A stretch of DNA of 24,000 bases from Prescottella defluvii. Lineage in GTDB: Bacteria > Actinomycetota > Actinomycetes > Mycobacteriales > Mycobacteriaceae. Below are positions 7,769 through 15,577 of this stretch, in pieces. Numbering within the stretch: the first letter of the stretch is position 1; every line of letters starts with the position of its first letter. The translations under genes and the position numbers were made by a program. The notes beneath the pieces are model-generated. The model saw nothing but the letters and a program-made list of their open reading frames with translations. It had not been told where the DNA came from and did no database searches. Location: positions 1 through 24,000 of the forward strand of contig NZ_JPOC01000079.1 of assembly GCF_000738775.1 (NCBI RefSeq). Reading direction: 5' to 3'.

Positions 7769-8476
7769 ATGCCGACCATCCCGTTTCGCCGTGGCGGGCC
7801 CGACCGCAACGGTCCGCTGGCCCCGACCCTCGGTGACCGCCTCGGCCGGATGACGCGTCCGGGCTGGGCGCGAACCGACACCGCCCGACGCACCGCGGCC
7901 GCGGTCCTCGTGATCGCCGCCGGGATTCTTCTGATCCGGGGCAATCCCGACGCTGCCGGTGAGCCGGTCGTCGTCGCAGCCCGAGACCTCAGTCCCGGCC
8001 TGGTCCTGTCCGAGGCGGACCTGCGCACGGTCGACCGGTCCGGAGACGCCACCCCAGACGGTGCCGTCCGTGTACCGGACGGGGCAGTGGGGCACACGGT
8101 CGCGTCGCCGGTCCGTGCGGGCGAGATCCTCACCGATGTCCGACTCCTGGGCCCGCGCCTCGCGGCGGCCGCCGTCGGTTCCGCCGACGCGCGGATCGTG
8201 CCCGTGCGCCTGTCCGACGCGGGCCTCGCCGCGCTCATCCGCGAAGGTGACCGGGTGGACGTCCTGACCGTCGACCAGTCGCGGCCCACCGCCGACGCAC
8301 GACCACCCGCCGCCGAGATCCTGGCGTCCGGTGCCACCGTCGTCCTGGTCTCCCCCGAGAAGGAATCGGGCACCGAACGACGCGATCGTGTGGTGATGCT
8401 GGCCCTTCCCGCCCCCGATGCGGGCGCCGTTGCCGCGGCATCGCTGACGAACGCGATCACGGTGACCCTCCACTAG
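7769..8476 (+). CDS. SAF-domain protein (CpaB/RcpC-like N-terminal domain), single TM anchor
   Basis: One TM helix is present (AAAVLVIAAGILLI). It is followed by a SAF-like segment: VVVAARDLSPGLVLSEADLRTV...VGHTVASPVRAGEILTDVRLLG. GC3 is high. The start is uncertain because no SD precedes 7769 and an in-frame ATG exists at 7850. Confidence 0.7.
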   Translation: MPTIPFRRGGPDRNGPLAPTLGDRLGRMTRPGWARTDTARRTAAAVLVIAAGILLIRGNPDAAGEPVVVAARDLSPGLVLSEADLRTVDRSGDATPDGAVRVPDGAVGHTVASPVRAGEILTDVRLLGPRLAAAAVGSADARIVPVRLSDAGLAALIREGDRVDVLTVDQSRPTADARPPAAEILASGATVVLVSPEKESGTERRDRVVMLALPAPDAGAVAAASLTNAITVTLH

Positions 8477-8561
8477 CGGGCAGCGCACGACGCGCGGATT
8501 CGCCCCTCCCTCAACTAGTCTCGATTCGACCTCGAGACCACCCGATCGGAGGGGGCATCAC

Positions 8562-9011
8562 ATGCTGAAGGGGTTCAAGGATTTCCTGCTCCGCGGAAAC
8601 GTCCTGGATCTTGCCGTCGCGGTGGTGATCGGCGCGGCGTTCACGGCGATCGTGACCGCGTTCACCACCAACATCATCAACCCGCTCGTGGCGGCGGTCG
8701 GCGGCTCGGAGGAGTACGGCTGGGGCCGGACGATCATCGAGGGCAACGAAGCGACGTTCGTCAATGTCGGCGCCGTGGTGACCGCGATCATCAACTTCGT
8801 CATCATCGCCGCCGTCGTGTACTTCGTGCTGATCGTGCCTGCGAACGCCGTGAAGGCCCGCTTCGCGACGGAGGAAGAGGACACCAAGGCCAGCGAGGCC
8901 GATCTCCTCATCCAGATCCGCGACATCCTCGCCGAGGGACGAATCGGCGAGGCCGCCGACCCGCGTTCTCCGTCGGATCCGGACGGCAAGCACGCCCGCC
9001 TCCCGGAGTAG
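8562..9011 (+). CDS. mscL: Large-conductance mechanosensitive channel
   Basis: The product begins MLKGFKDFLLRGNVLDLAVAVVIGAAFTAIVTAFTTNIINPLVAA, the canonical MscL N-terminus and TM1. GGAGGGGG lies upstream of the ATG. Confidence 0.95.
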   Translation: MLKGFKDFLLRGNVLDLAVAVVIGAAFTAIVTAFTTNIINPLVAAVGGSEEYGWGRTIIEGNEATFVNVGAVVTAIINFVIIAAVVYFVLIVPANAVKARFATEEEDTKASEADLLIQIRDILAEGRIGEAADPRSPSDPDGKHARLPE

Positions 9012-9056
9012 TCCGTTCCGGCCGGTTCCACGGGGAACACGGGGTCCGTCACGACC

Positions 9057-9089
9057 CGAGCCCGCCCCGGTCGTACCGGGGCGGGCTCG
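9057..9089. terminator. Bidirectional terminator hairpin between convergent mscL and the porin gene
   Basis: A perfect 14-bp stem, CGAGCCCGCCCCGG / CCGGGGCGGGCTCG, encloses a 5-nt loop (TCGTA). It sits in the 141-nt gap between two convergent stop codons. Confidence 0.7.
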
Positions 9090-9152
9090 AGCGCTGTCAG
9101 CGAACCCCGGCGACTATCACGGATCTCCGAGAATCGGGGAGGTTCGGGGAGT

Positions 9153-9770
9153 TCAGAGCACCCAGGGCTTTCCGAACGTGGTGACGACGTCGCCGGCGGC
9201 GCTCTTGACCGTCACGTACGGCCGGATCGTGACCCGACCGACGACACCCGTGGCGCTGCCGTGCACGTTCGCGAACTGGATCTCGGTGGCGGCACCGTCG
9301 AACTTGCCCTTGGCAACCTCGACGGTCTTCACTCCCCCGCCCGGGGCGAGTTCGAGGTCCAGGCTCGGACCGAAGGCGACCGAGACGCCGGTGCCGCTCG
9401 CCTCGAGCTTGGGGACGAAGTTCATCTTCAGCTTGCCGCCCAGGGAGACCGGGTAGGCGACCTGGTAGCCGACGATGATCTCACTGCCCTTGTACTTGTC
9501 GGCGCCGGGTCCCTCGATCTTCGCCGCTGCCCGACCGTTGTGGAACCACTCGCGGGTGAGCGGCGAACCGTCCAGTGGGACGACACCGTTGATGAAGGTG
9601 TCCTGCTGCGACACGGTGATCGTCGCGCCCTTGCCGTCGACGATCGAGTTGCTGTCGTCGACGGCGGCAGCGGCCACGCCCGCGCTACCGACGACCAGTC
9701 CGACCGCTACCGCACCGGCAACCACGACATTCCGCACCGCGCTGAAGCGGCCCTTACGAATCTCCGTCAT
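9153..9770 (-). CDS. MspA-family mycomembrane porin
   Basis: The 205-aa precursor has a signal peptide (…VVGSAGVAAAA). The mature part is very close to M. smegmatis MspA: TITVSQQDTFINGVVPLDGSPLTREWFHNGRAAAKIEGPGADKYKGSEIIVGYQVAYP versus TLTVQQWDTFLNGVFPLDRNRLTREWFHSGRAKYIVAGPGADEFEGTLELGYQIGFP. The C-terminal VVTTFGKPWVL matches SVTTYGEPWNMN. Confidence 0.93.
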   Translation of the reverse strand: MTEIRKGRFSAVRNVVVAGAVAVGLVVGSAGVAAAAVDDSNSIVDGKGATITVSQQDTFINGVVPLDGSPLTREWFHNGRAAAKIEGPGADKYKGSEIIVGYQVAYPVSLGGKLKMNFVPKLEASGTGVSVAFGPSLDLELAPGGGVKTVEVAKGKFDGAATEIQFANVHGSATGVVGRVTIRPYVTVKSAAGDVVTTFGKPWVL

Positions 9771-9868
9771 TTTCCCTCATCCATGTAAATCCGAACACCC
9801 TCGGGGACCGCCCGAGTTGCGCCGAGGACCCTCGACATTCGGTAATTCCGGGCGAATCCCGCGCCGAG

Positions 9869-9897
9869 ATTAGACGGACCGGTCGCCCAGTAGTCAA
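9869..9897 (-). promoter_or_regulatory. Candidate sigma-70-type promoter for the MspA-family gene
   Basis: The minus strand reads TTGACT (9897-9892), a 17-nt spacer, then TCTAAT (9874-9869). This would give a leader of about 90 nt. It is the best -35/-10 match in the 437-bp ORF-poor upstream region. It is sequence-only, with no transcription start site (TSS) data. Confidence 0.4.
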
Positions 9898-10117
9898 ACG
9901 GCGGTCCCGCCCGAATTGCGTTCGACATACGAACAATTGAACCGCTCAGTCCGTAATGCGCTGTTCGGGTGCCGTGGGCCGGTCGTTCGAGCCGAGATCG
10001 CTACGGCGCCGCGACGCCCCCAACTGGGAAGGGACCGATATCACTCCCCGGATTCGTTGTGAGCGAATCGGCCGGCCCGCCACTGTGGGAAGGCCCGGGA
10101 CTCGGCGCGCACACGAC

Positions 10118-10161
10118 AATGCGCCGGGTATGGGTGATGAAACACACATACCCGGCGCATT
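10118..10161 (-). terminator. Terminator hairpin closing the mprA-mprB-pepD-moaB2 operon
   Basis: A perfect 15-bp stem, AATGCGCCGGGTATG / CATACCCGGCGCATT, encloses a 14-nt loop. It lies 47 nt downstream of the last minus-strand stop (10208). There is no U-tract. Confidence 0.6.
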
Positions 10162-10207
10162 CCGGCTTATTCGAGAAACAACCTATTGATTGAACCGATG
10201 GCGGCCG

Positions 10208-10417
10208 TCAGCCGTGGTGCGGAGGGACCTGCCGCCGCAGCCATTCATCCTGGCCGCCACCTGTTGTCGAGGCACCGTCGGAGGATCGTTCGTCCGCGGT
10301 CTGCTCGGGTAGGACGGTGCCGAAGATGGCATCGAGTCGGGCCCGATCGACGCGCGACCGCTCCGGAGTCCCGGAAGGCGCTGCAGATACCGAATCGGGG
10401 TCTGTCTCGTCCGACAT
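10208..10417 (-). CDS. Small acidic hypothetical protein (69 aa) ending ...WLRRQVPPHHG
   Basis: The ATG lies 19 nt after the moaB2 stop, on the same strand, with AGGAAGG overlapping that stop (about 14-nt spacing). The product is low-complexity, acidic and predicted disordered. GC3 is about 70%, lower than its neighbours. The C-terminal PPHH-type motif recalls small conserved actinobacterial proteins, but I cannot name the family. Confidence 0.5.
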   Translation of the reverse strand: MSDETDPDSVSAAPSGTPERSRVDRARLDAIFGTVLPEQTADERSSDGASTTGGGQDEWLRRQVPPHHG

Positions 10418-10436
10418 GACTGGAGTGTGCGCCTTC

Positions 10437-11015
10437 CTACTCGTCGATACTCGACAGCTGGCCGATGACGTGGCTCGCCAACGGCGTCAGCGTCGCCATA
10501 CCGTCGCGGACCGCGGCCCGGGAGGACGCCAGGTTGACGACGACCGTGCTGCCCGAGATCCCGACGAGGCCCCGCGAGATGACCGCGTCCACGGCTCCCG
10601 CAGCGAGCCCGGACGAGCGCAGGGCCTCACTGATTCCCGGCAGCTCCCGATCCAGGACCTCGGCGGTGGCGTCCGGCGTCACGTCACGCGGTGACACACC
10701 GGTGCCGCCGACCGAGATCACCAGGTCGACGCCTCCGATGACCGCGGTGTTCAGGGCGTTGCGGATCTCCACCTCGTCGGCGGTCACCGCGATCGTCGCA
10801 TCCACCAGGAATCCGGCTTCGGTGAGCAGTTCGGTGACGAGCGGCCCCGTCGAATCGATATCGCCGTGCGCGGTCCGATCGTCGACGATCACGACCAGCG
10901 CTCGTCCTGCCAACGGTGCTTCGAGTTCCATGGTCCCTACCGTAATGGCCCCGTCGGGGTCAGTCGGGATCCGGCGGAGAATCCGTGTCAGCACCGGCCG
11001 GTTTCCCGTCACCAT
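10437..11015 (-). CDS. moaB2: MoaB/MogA-family molybdenum cofactor biosynthesis protein
   Basis: The MogA/MoaB fold motifs are present: GRALVVIVDDRTAHGDIDSTGPLVTELLTEAGF...VDLVISVGGTGVSPRDVTPDAT...GSTVVVNLASSRAAV. The ATG at 11015 overlaps the pepD stop (TGATG). An alternative start, MELEAP at 10931, would fit the Mtb Rv0984 length better. Confidence 0.9.
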   Translation of the reverse strand: MVTGNRPVLTRILRRIPTDPDGAITVGTMELEAPLAGRALVVIVDDRTAHGDIDSTGPLVTELLTEAGFLVDATIAVTADEVEIRNALNTAVIGGVDLVISVGGTGVSPRDVTPDATAEVLDRELPGISEALRSSGLAAGAVDAVISRGLVGISGSTVVVNLASSRAAVRDGMATLTPLASHVIGQLSSIDE

Positions 11016-12436
11016 CAGCGGCCGCCCGTGGTCGGCGCGGTGCCGAGTTCGACGTCGACGGTCTTCGAGTTGCCTGCGCCGTCCCGATACGTCACGGTCA
11101 CCTTGTCGCCGGGCGCGTGGGAGCGGATCGCCGCGATCAGGGAGTCCCCGCTCGTGATGACCCGGTCGTCGACCTTGGTGACGACGGCCCCCTTGGGGAT
11201 ACCGGCCTTCTCGGCCGGTCCGCCCGCGGTGACCTCGACGACGGTCGCGCCACCGGTCGACTCCTTGGCCGCGACCTGCACACCGATGATCGCCTGAGTG
11301 GCCTTGCCGGTCTTGACGAGTTCGTCCGCGATGCGTCGCGCCTGGTCGACGGGGATCGCGAAGCCGAGGCCGATCGATCCGCCCTGCCCACCGGCGGTGG
11401 CGATCGCCGTGTTGATGCCGACGAGTTGCCCGTCCATGTTCACGAGCGCGCCGCCCGAGTTGCCGGGGTTGATCGCGGCGTCGGTCTGGATCGCGTCGAT
11501 GACGGTGTTCTGGTTGCCCGCCTCACCGCTGGTCGAGACCGGGCGGTCGAGCGCCGAGACGATGCCGGAGGTGACGGTGCCCGCCAGTCCGAGCGGCGAA
11601 CCGATCGCCACGACCTGCTCACCCACCTTGACGTCTTCGGAGGTGCCCAACTCGATGGGTGTCAGGTCGGACTTGCCCTCCGCCCTGATCACCGCGATGT
11701 CGGACTGCGGGTCGGTACCGATCAGTGTGGCCGGCGCGGTCGTTCCGTCGGCGAAGGCGACGACGAACTTGCCGTCCGGGCCGCCGCCGGCGATCACGTG
11801 GTTGTTGGTCATGATCAGACCGTCGGACGAGAGGACCACACCGGAACCCTCGCCCTCCCCGCGGGTGCCGGCGACCTGGATCTGGACGACGCTCGGCAGC
11901 ACCTTGGCCGCGACCGCCTCGACGGACCCCTCCTGCGCAGTGGACGCCGGGCTGGTCTCGGGCTTCGGGGCGTCGAGCGCATTCGACACCGGAGCGCCCC
12001 CACCGTTCGACGACGTCGCCATCGACCCGACCACACCACCGATACCGCCACTGACGAGCGCGAGCACGAGCGCGCCGGCGACCAGCGCGGAACGGCCCAC
12101 CCGGCGGGGCTCGGTGACGACGGGGGCACCCGTCGTGGGCAACGTGCCTGTCGTAGGCAGTGCGCCCGGTGTGCCGAGGCCCGGAATCTGCTCGGTGGGC
12201 TGGTAGCCGGCCTGGTAGCCGTGCTGGGAGTAGCCCGCTCCGGGCGCACCGGCGCCACCGGGGTAGCCCTGATGCTGCTGATGCTGCTGACTCTGGGGGT
12301 AGTAGGCACCGCCCGAACGCCACTGGTCCTGCGGTCCGGGCTGGTTCCCCGCCTGGTAGGGCGAACCCTGCTGGGGATCGCCGTGCCGGGGAGTTCCCTG
12401 GTTGGGGTCGCCGTGGAGGTTACGGTCGTCGGTCAT
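11015..12436 (-). CDS. pepD: HtrA/PepD-family membrane-anchored serine protease with PDZ domain
   Basis: The catalytic triad contexts are TNNHVIAG (His), DIAVIR (Asp) and GNSGGALV (Ser). A C-terminal PDZ segment is present. The N-terminus is Pro/Gln/Gly-rich and cytoplasmic, followed by a TM helix (ALVAGALVLALVSGGIGGVVG). The ATG at 12436 is preceded by GAAGG with 7-nt spacing; the ORF-track start at 12466 is a GTG. Confidence 0.92.
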   Translation of the reverse strand: MTDDRNLHGDPNQGTPRHGDPQQGSPYQAGNQPGPQDQWRSGGAYYPQSQQHQQHQGYPGGAGAPGAGYSQHGYQAGYQPTEQIPGLGTPGALPTTGTLPTTGAPVVTEPRRVGRSALVAGALVLALVSGGIGGVVGSMATSSNGGGAPVSNALDAPKPETSPASTAQEGSVEAVAAKVLPSVVQIQVAGTRGEGEGSGVVLSSDGLIMTNNHVIAGGGPDGKFVVAFADGTTAPATLIGTDPQSDIAVIRAEGKSDLTPIELGTSEDVKVGEQVVAIGSPLGLAGTVTSGIVSALDRPVSTSGEAGNQNTVIDAIQTDAAINPGNSGGALVNMDGQLVGINTAIATAGGQGGSIGLGFAIPVDQARRIADELVKTGKATQAIIGVQVAAKESTGGATVVEVTAGGPAEKAGIPKGAVVTKVDDRVITSGDSLIAAIRSHAPGDKVTVTYRDGAGNSKTVDVELGTAPTTGGR

Positions 12437-12513
12437 CGCACCGCCTTCTTTCCTGACTCGATTCACCGATGTCCCGGATCCGCTCCGGTCGCTGGAATCA
12501 GCTTGCCCGGCAC

Positions 12514-12532
12514 GGCTGAGAAGCCCCTGAGA
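12514..12532 (-). promoter_or_regulatory. MprA-box-like direct repeat upstream of pepD
   Basis: The minus strand reads TCTCAGGG-GCT-TCTCAGCC, i.e. two 8-bp direct repeats separated by 3 nt (19 bp in total). It lies 78 nt upstream of the pepD ATG. The same architecture recurs upstream of mprA in this window. Confidence 0.6.
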
Positions 12533-12593
12533 CGCTGCTTTCAGTTTCCCGTGTTCCCGCCGAAGTGGCCAGCCTCACATCCGGGCCTCCAGG

Positions 12594-14057
12594 TCAGCGG
12601 CTGTCCGCCTCGGGTTCGCCGGGCAGGACGATGCGGATACGGGCACCGCCGCGATCGGAGGTCTCGACCGCGATCGTGCCGCCGTGCTTGACGACCACCT
12701 GCCGGACGATGGCCAGGCCGAGACCCGATCCCGGCATCGACCGGGACGCCGTCGACCGGTAGAACCGCTCGAAGACCAGTTCACGGTCCTCGAACGGGAT
12801 GCCGGGGCCGGCGTCGTCGACGACGAGCTCGAGCAACCGATCGCCGATCTGCCGCATCGTTACCTGGACGCGCTCCCCCGTCGGACTCCACTTGGCGGCA
12901 TTGTCGAGGACGTTGAGGACGGCCCGAGAGAGCCCGGCCTGGTCGCCGTAGATGAACCACGGCGTGGTCACCGCCTCGAAGTCGATCTCGTTCCGCCGCC
13001 GCCGGGCCTTCTCCAGCGAGCGCTCCACGACCTCGCTGAGATCGACCAGTTCGAACACCGTCTCAGGAGCGTCCTCGCGTGCGAGGTCCACCAGGTCCCC
13101 GACGAGCGTGGACAACTCCTCGATCTGTGCCACCACGTCGGCCCGCAGGTCCGCCATGTCCTGATCCGGAATGCTCGGTGCACCCGGGCGACTGGAGGCG
13201 ATGAGCAGTTCCATGTTGGTGCGCAGCGAGGTGAGCGGAGTGCGCAACTCGTGTCCGGCGTCGGCCACGAGCCGGCTCTGCCGGAGCCGCGATTCCGCGA
13301 GGGCACGCAGCATCGTGTTGAAACTTGTTGTCAGGCGAGCCAGTTCGTCGTTGCCGGTGACCGGGATGGGGGTGAGGTCGTCGGTCCTGGCGACACGCTC
13401 GGTGGCCGCGGTCAGTCGCGCGATGGGTCTCAGGCCCGTGCGACCGACGGTTGTTCCGGCCGCGGCGGCGAGGACGACACCGCATCCGCCGACCACGAAG
13501 AGCACCCATGCGAGCCGGTCCAGCACGTCCTCGGTCGGCTCGAGGCGCTGCGCGATCACCAGGGTGCTGCCGTCACGGGTGCGTTCGGCGAGCACCCGAT
13601 TACCCTCGACGGTCCGCAGCGAGAAGTCGAGCTGGCCGCGGGCCACCGCCATCTCGGCCGGCCCGATCGGTACCACCGAGCCTGGCGGGATGTACTTGTT
13701 CAGGTCCGGAAAGATCAGCGCCACACTGATATCGCTGGTGTAGAGCGTCGCGCCCGCGATGTACCGGGGGTCGAACGTGATGAGGTCGTTGTCGACGATC
13801 GCGGACGCCCGCGACCGCAACTGGTTGTCGACGTCGGCGTACAGGGCCCGCGACACCACCGCGTATGCAGCCAGCGCCATGACGGCGACCGCGATCGCCA
13901 CGACGGACGCCGCGAGCAGCGTCACACGCCACCGCAGGGACACCGACCGGGTGAGGGGCATCGGTGGCCGCATCTCGTGCTGCGGCGGGGACATCGGACC
14001 GAACTGCGGGCCGGTCGGGTCGGGGTGGGTACCCGATCGCCCGAAGGGGGTGCCCAT
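12594..14057 (-). CDS. mprB: Two-component sensor histidine kinase (MprB-like)
   Basis: The ATG at 14057 overlaps the mprA stop (TGATG). The product has two TM helices flanking an extracytoplasmic loop, a HAMP region and the H-box AGHELRTPLTSL. The ATP-binding G-boxes are DDAGPGIP and GSGLGLAIV. The ORF-track start at 14201 lies inside mprA. Confidence 0.92.
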   Translation of the reverse strand: MGTPFGRSGTHPDPTGPQFGPMSPPQHEMRPPMPLTRSVSLRWRVTLLAASVVAIAVAVMALAAYAVVSRALYADVDNQLRSRASAIVDNDLITFDPRYIAGATLYTSDISVALIFPDLNKYIPPGSVVPIGPAEMAVARGQLDFSLRTVEGNRVLAERTRDGSTLVIAQRLEPTEDVLDRLAWVLFVVGGCGVVLAAAAGTTVGRTGLRPIARLTAATERVARTDDLTPIPVTGNDELARLTTSFNTMLRALAESRLRQSRLVADAGHELRTPLTSLRTNMELLIASSRPGAPSIPDQDMADLRADVVAQIEELSTLVGDLVDLAREDAPETVFELVDLSEVVERSLEKARRRRNEIDFEAVTTPWFIYGDQAGLSRAVLNVLDNAAKWSPTGERVQVTMRQIGDRLLELVVDDAGPGIPFEDRELVFERFYRSTASRSMPGSGLGLAIVRQVVVKHGGTIAVETSDRGGARIRIVLPGEPEADSR

Positions 14058-14743
14058 CACGGAGGAGTCTCCCGCAGCACGTACCCGACGCCGCGGACCG
14101 TGTGGATCAGTCGCGACTCGCCCTCGGCTTCGGTCTTGCGACGCAGGTAGCCGACGTACACCTCGAGCGCGTTGCCCGACGTCGGGAAGTCGTATCCCCA
14201 CACCTCTTCCAGGATGCGACTGCGGGAGAGCACCCGACGGGGGTTCGCCATGAGCATCTCGAGGAGCGCGAACTCGGTTCGGGTGAGGCTGATCGACCGG
14301 CCCGCCCGAGTCACCTCGCGGGTGACCGGATCGAGCGTCAGGTCCTCGAACGTCATCGCCTCGGAGTCGTCACCGGTGGCCGGCGCGGCGCGGCGCAGCA
14401 GGGCACGCAGCCGTGCGAGCAGTTCCTCGAGCGCGAACGGCTTGGGCAGGTAGTCGTCGGCGCCCGCGTCGAGACCGGCCACCCGCTCCGACACCGAATC
14501 ACGCGCCGTGAGAACGAGAATCGGAAGATCGTCACCGGCGCTCCGCAGGCGTCGGCACACTTCCAGCCCGTCGAGTCGCGGCATCATGACGTCGAGCACC
14601 AGCGCATCGGGACGCGACGCGGCCACCTTCTCGAGCGCATCGACGCCGTCGACGGCGAGCTCGACCGTGTACCCGTTGAAACTCAGCGAACGCCGCAGCG
14701 ACTCCCGGACCGCCCGGTCGTCGTCGACCACCAAAATGCGCAT
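14057..14743 (-). CDS. mprA: OmpR-family response regulator (MprA-like)
   Basis: The receiver domain begins [16 protein letters not shown]... and carries the phospho-acceptor context [16 protein letters not shown]-terminal winged-helix domain is present ([13 protein letters not shown]...VRGVGYVL). The product is 228 aa. Confidence 0.94.
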   Translation of the reverse strand: MRILVVDDDRAVRESLRRSLSFNGYTVELAVDGVDALEKVAASRPDALVLDVMMPRLDGLEVCRRLRSAGDDLPILVLTARDSVSERVAGLDAGADDYLPKPFALEELLARLRALLRRAAPATGDDSEAMTFEDLTLDPVTREVTRAGRSISLTRTEFALLEMLMANPRRVLSRSRILEEVWGYDFPTSGNALEVYVGYLRRKTEAEGESRLIHTVRGVGYVLRETPP

Positions 14744-14763
14744 GCGGACATTTTGGCCCCACC

Positions 14764-14782
14764 GACTGAGATCCCGCTGAGA
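14764..14782 (-). promoter_or_regulatory. MprA-box-like direct repeat upstream of mprA (autoregulation)
   Basis: The minus strand reads TCTCAGCG-GGA-TCTCAGTC (8 + 3 + 8 bp). It ends 20 nt upstream of the mprA ATG, in the 70-nt gap after the UPF0126 gene. Confidence 0.6.
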
Positions 14783-14813
14783 GGATCCCGTTCACCGCGT
14801 CCGGCGTGTCGCA

Positions 14814-15449
14814 TCATTCCCGGGGTTGCCGCGGCCCCGGCAGGCTCCAGTGCCGCCACAACGCGGCCAACCGGACGCTCGTCGCGACGACGGTGCCCAG
14901 GACCAGCGCGGTGTTGACGGTCAGTCCCGCCTCCGATCCGACGACGACCAGCGTGGCGCCCAGCAGTGCGGGAATCGCGTAGAAGTCGCGGTGCAGCAGC
15001 AGGGGCACCTCGTTGACGAGCACGTCGCGCAGGATGCCGCCACCGATTGCCGCGGTCGCGCCGATCAGGACGGCGGCGAGGGCACCGGCGTCCGCCCTGA
15101 GCGCGATGATCGCACCCGTGCTCGCGAACAGTCCCATCCCCAGCGCGTCGAGCACGAGGATCTCGCGGCGCAGCCGTCCGATCGCCGAATGCACGAAGAA
15201 CACGATCGCCGACGTCGTCGCCGCGGTCGCGAACAGCGGCCAACTCGTCAGCGACGTCGGCGGGTGGATGCCGAGCAACACGTCGCGCACGATGCCGCCG
15301 CCGATGCCGGTGAACACGCCGACGACGCAGACCCCGAAGATGTCGAACCGCTTGGTCACCCCGACCAGCGCCCCCGATGCGGCGAACACCGCGATGCCCG
15401 CGAGTTCGAGGATCTTCAGCAGCACGCGGACAGCGTCGCACGAACACAT
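14814..15449 (-). CDS. TRIC/UPF0126 family membrane protein (YadS/YicG-like cation channel)
   Basis: ORF 14814..15578 trimmed to the ATG at 15449. There are two internal UPF0126 repeats with the signatures FDIFGVCVVGVFTGIGGGIVRDVLLG and GALAAVLIGATAAIGGGILRDVLVN. The protein is predicted to have seven TM helices. Confidence 0.85.
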   Translation of the reverse strand: MCSCDAVRVLLKILELAGIAVFAASGALVGVTKRFDIFGVCVVGVFTGIGGGIVRDVLLGIHPPTSLTSWPLFATAATTSAIVFFVHSAIGRLRREILVLDALGMGLFASTGAIIALRADAGALAAVLIGATAAIGGGILRDVLVNEVPLLLHRDFYAIPALLGATLVVVGSEAGLTVNTALVLGTVVATSVRLAALWRHWSLPGPRQPRE

Positions 15450-15577
15450 GCCGGACCACCGTCGTTCGGCTGCCGGGGGACGTCGGTCCGGTACGATTGC
15501 GCAATCGAGACGCTGCGGATGGACGTCCGCACAGCGACCTGCAAAGGTTCGGGCCGTCGAGCCGGTAAGGAAGAGCA

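Noticed and set aside
7519-8488. Two long minus-strand ORFs (313 and 263 aa) opposite the SAF-domain gene
   Set aside because: The + strand frame has a TM helix, a SAF-like domain pattern and high GC3. The minus-strand products are Arg/Ser/Thr/Pro low-complexity.
8518-8538. GTCTCGA-N7-TCGAGAC inverted repeat upstream of mscL as an operator
   Set aside because: It has only a 7-bp stem and lies within the probable 5' UTR. Nothing links it to a known regulator, so it is too weak to call.
9946-10193. Small ORFs (67-77 aa, both strands) in the region upstream of the MspA-family gene
   Set aside because: They have no SD, mutually overlapping frames and poor codon bias. The region is better explained as terminator plus promoter/leader DNA.
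10985-12691. 568-aa ORF on the + strand antisense to pepD
   Set aside because: It is a shadow ORF; the pepD frame has the catalytic triad and PDZ motifs, and this translation is low-complexity.
12684-14150. 488-aa ORF on the + strand antisense to mprB
   Set aside because: It is a shadow ORF opposite a gene with clear H-box and ATPase motifs.
15450-15577. Zur box upstream of the Cys-less rpsR paralogue
   Set aside because: One is expected from the biology of C- ribosomal paralogues. No AT-rich TGAAAATGATTTTCA-like palindrome is present in the 128-bp region.
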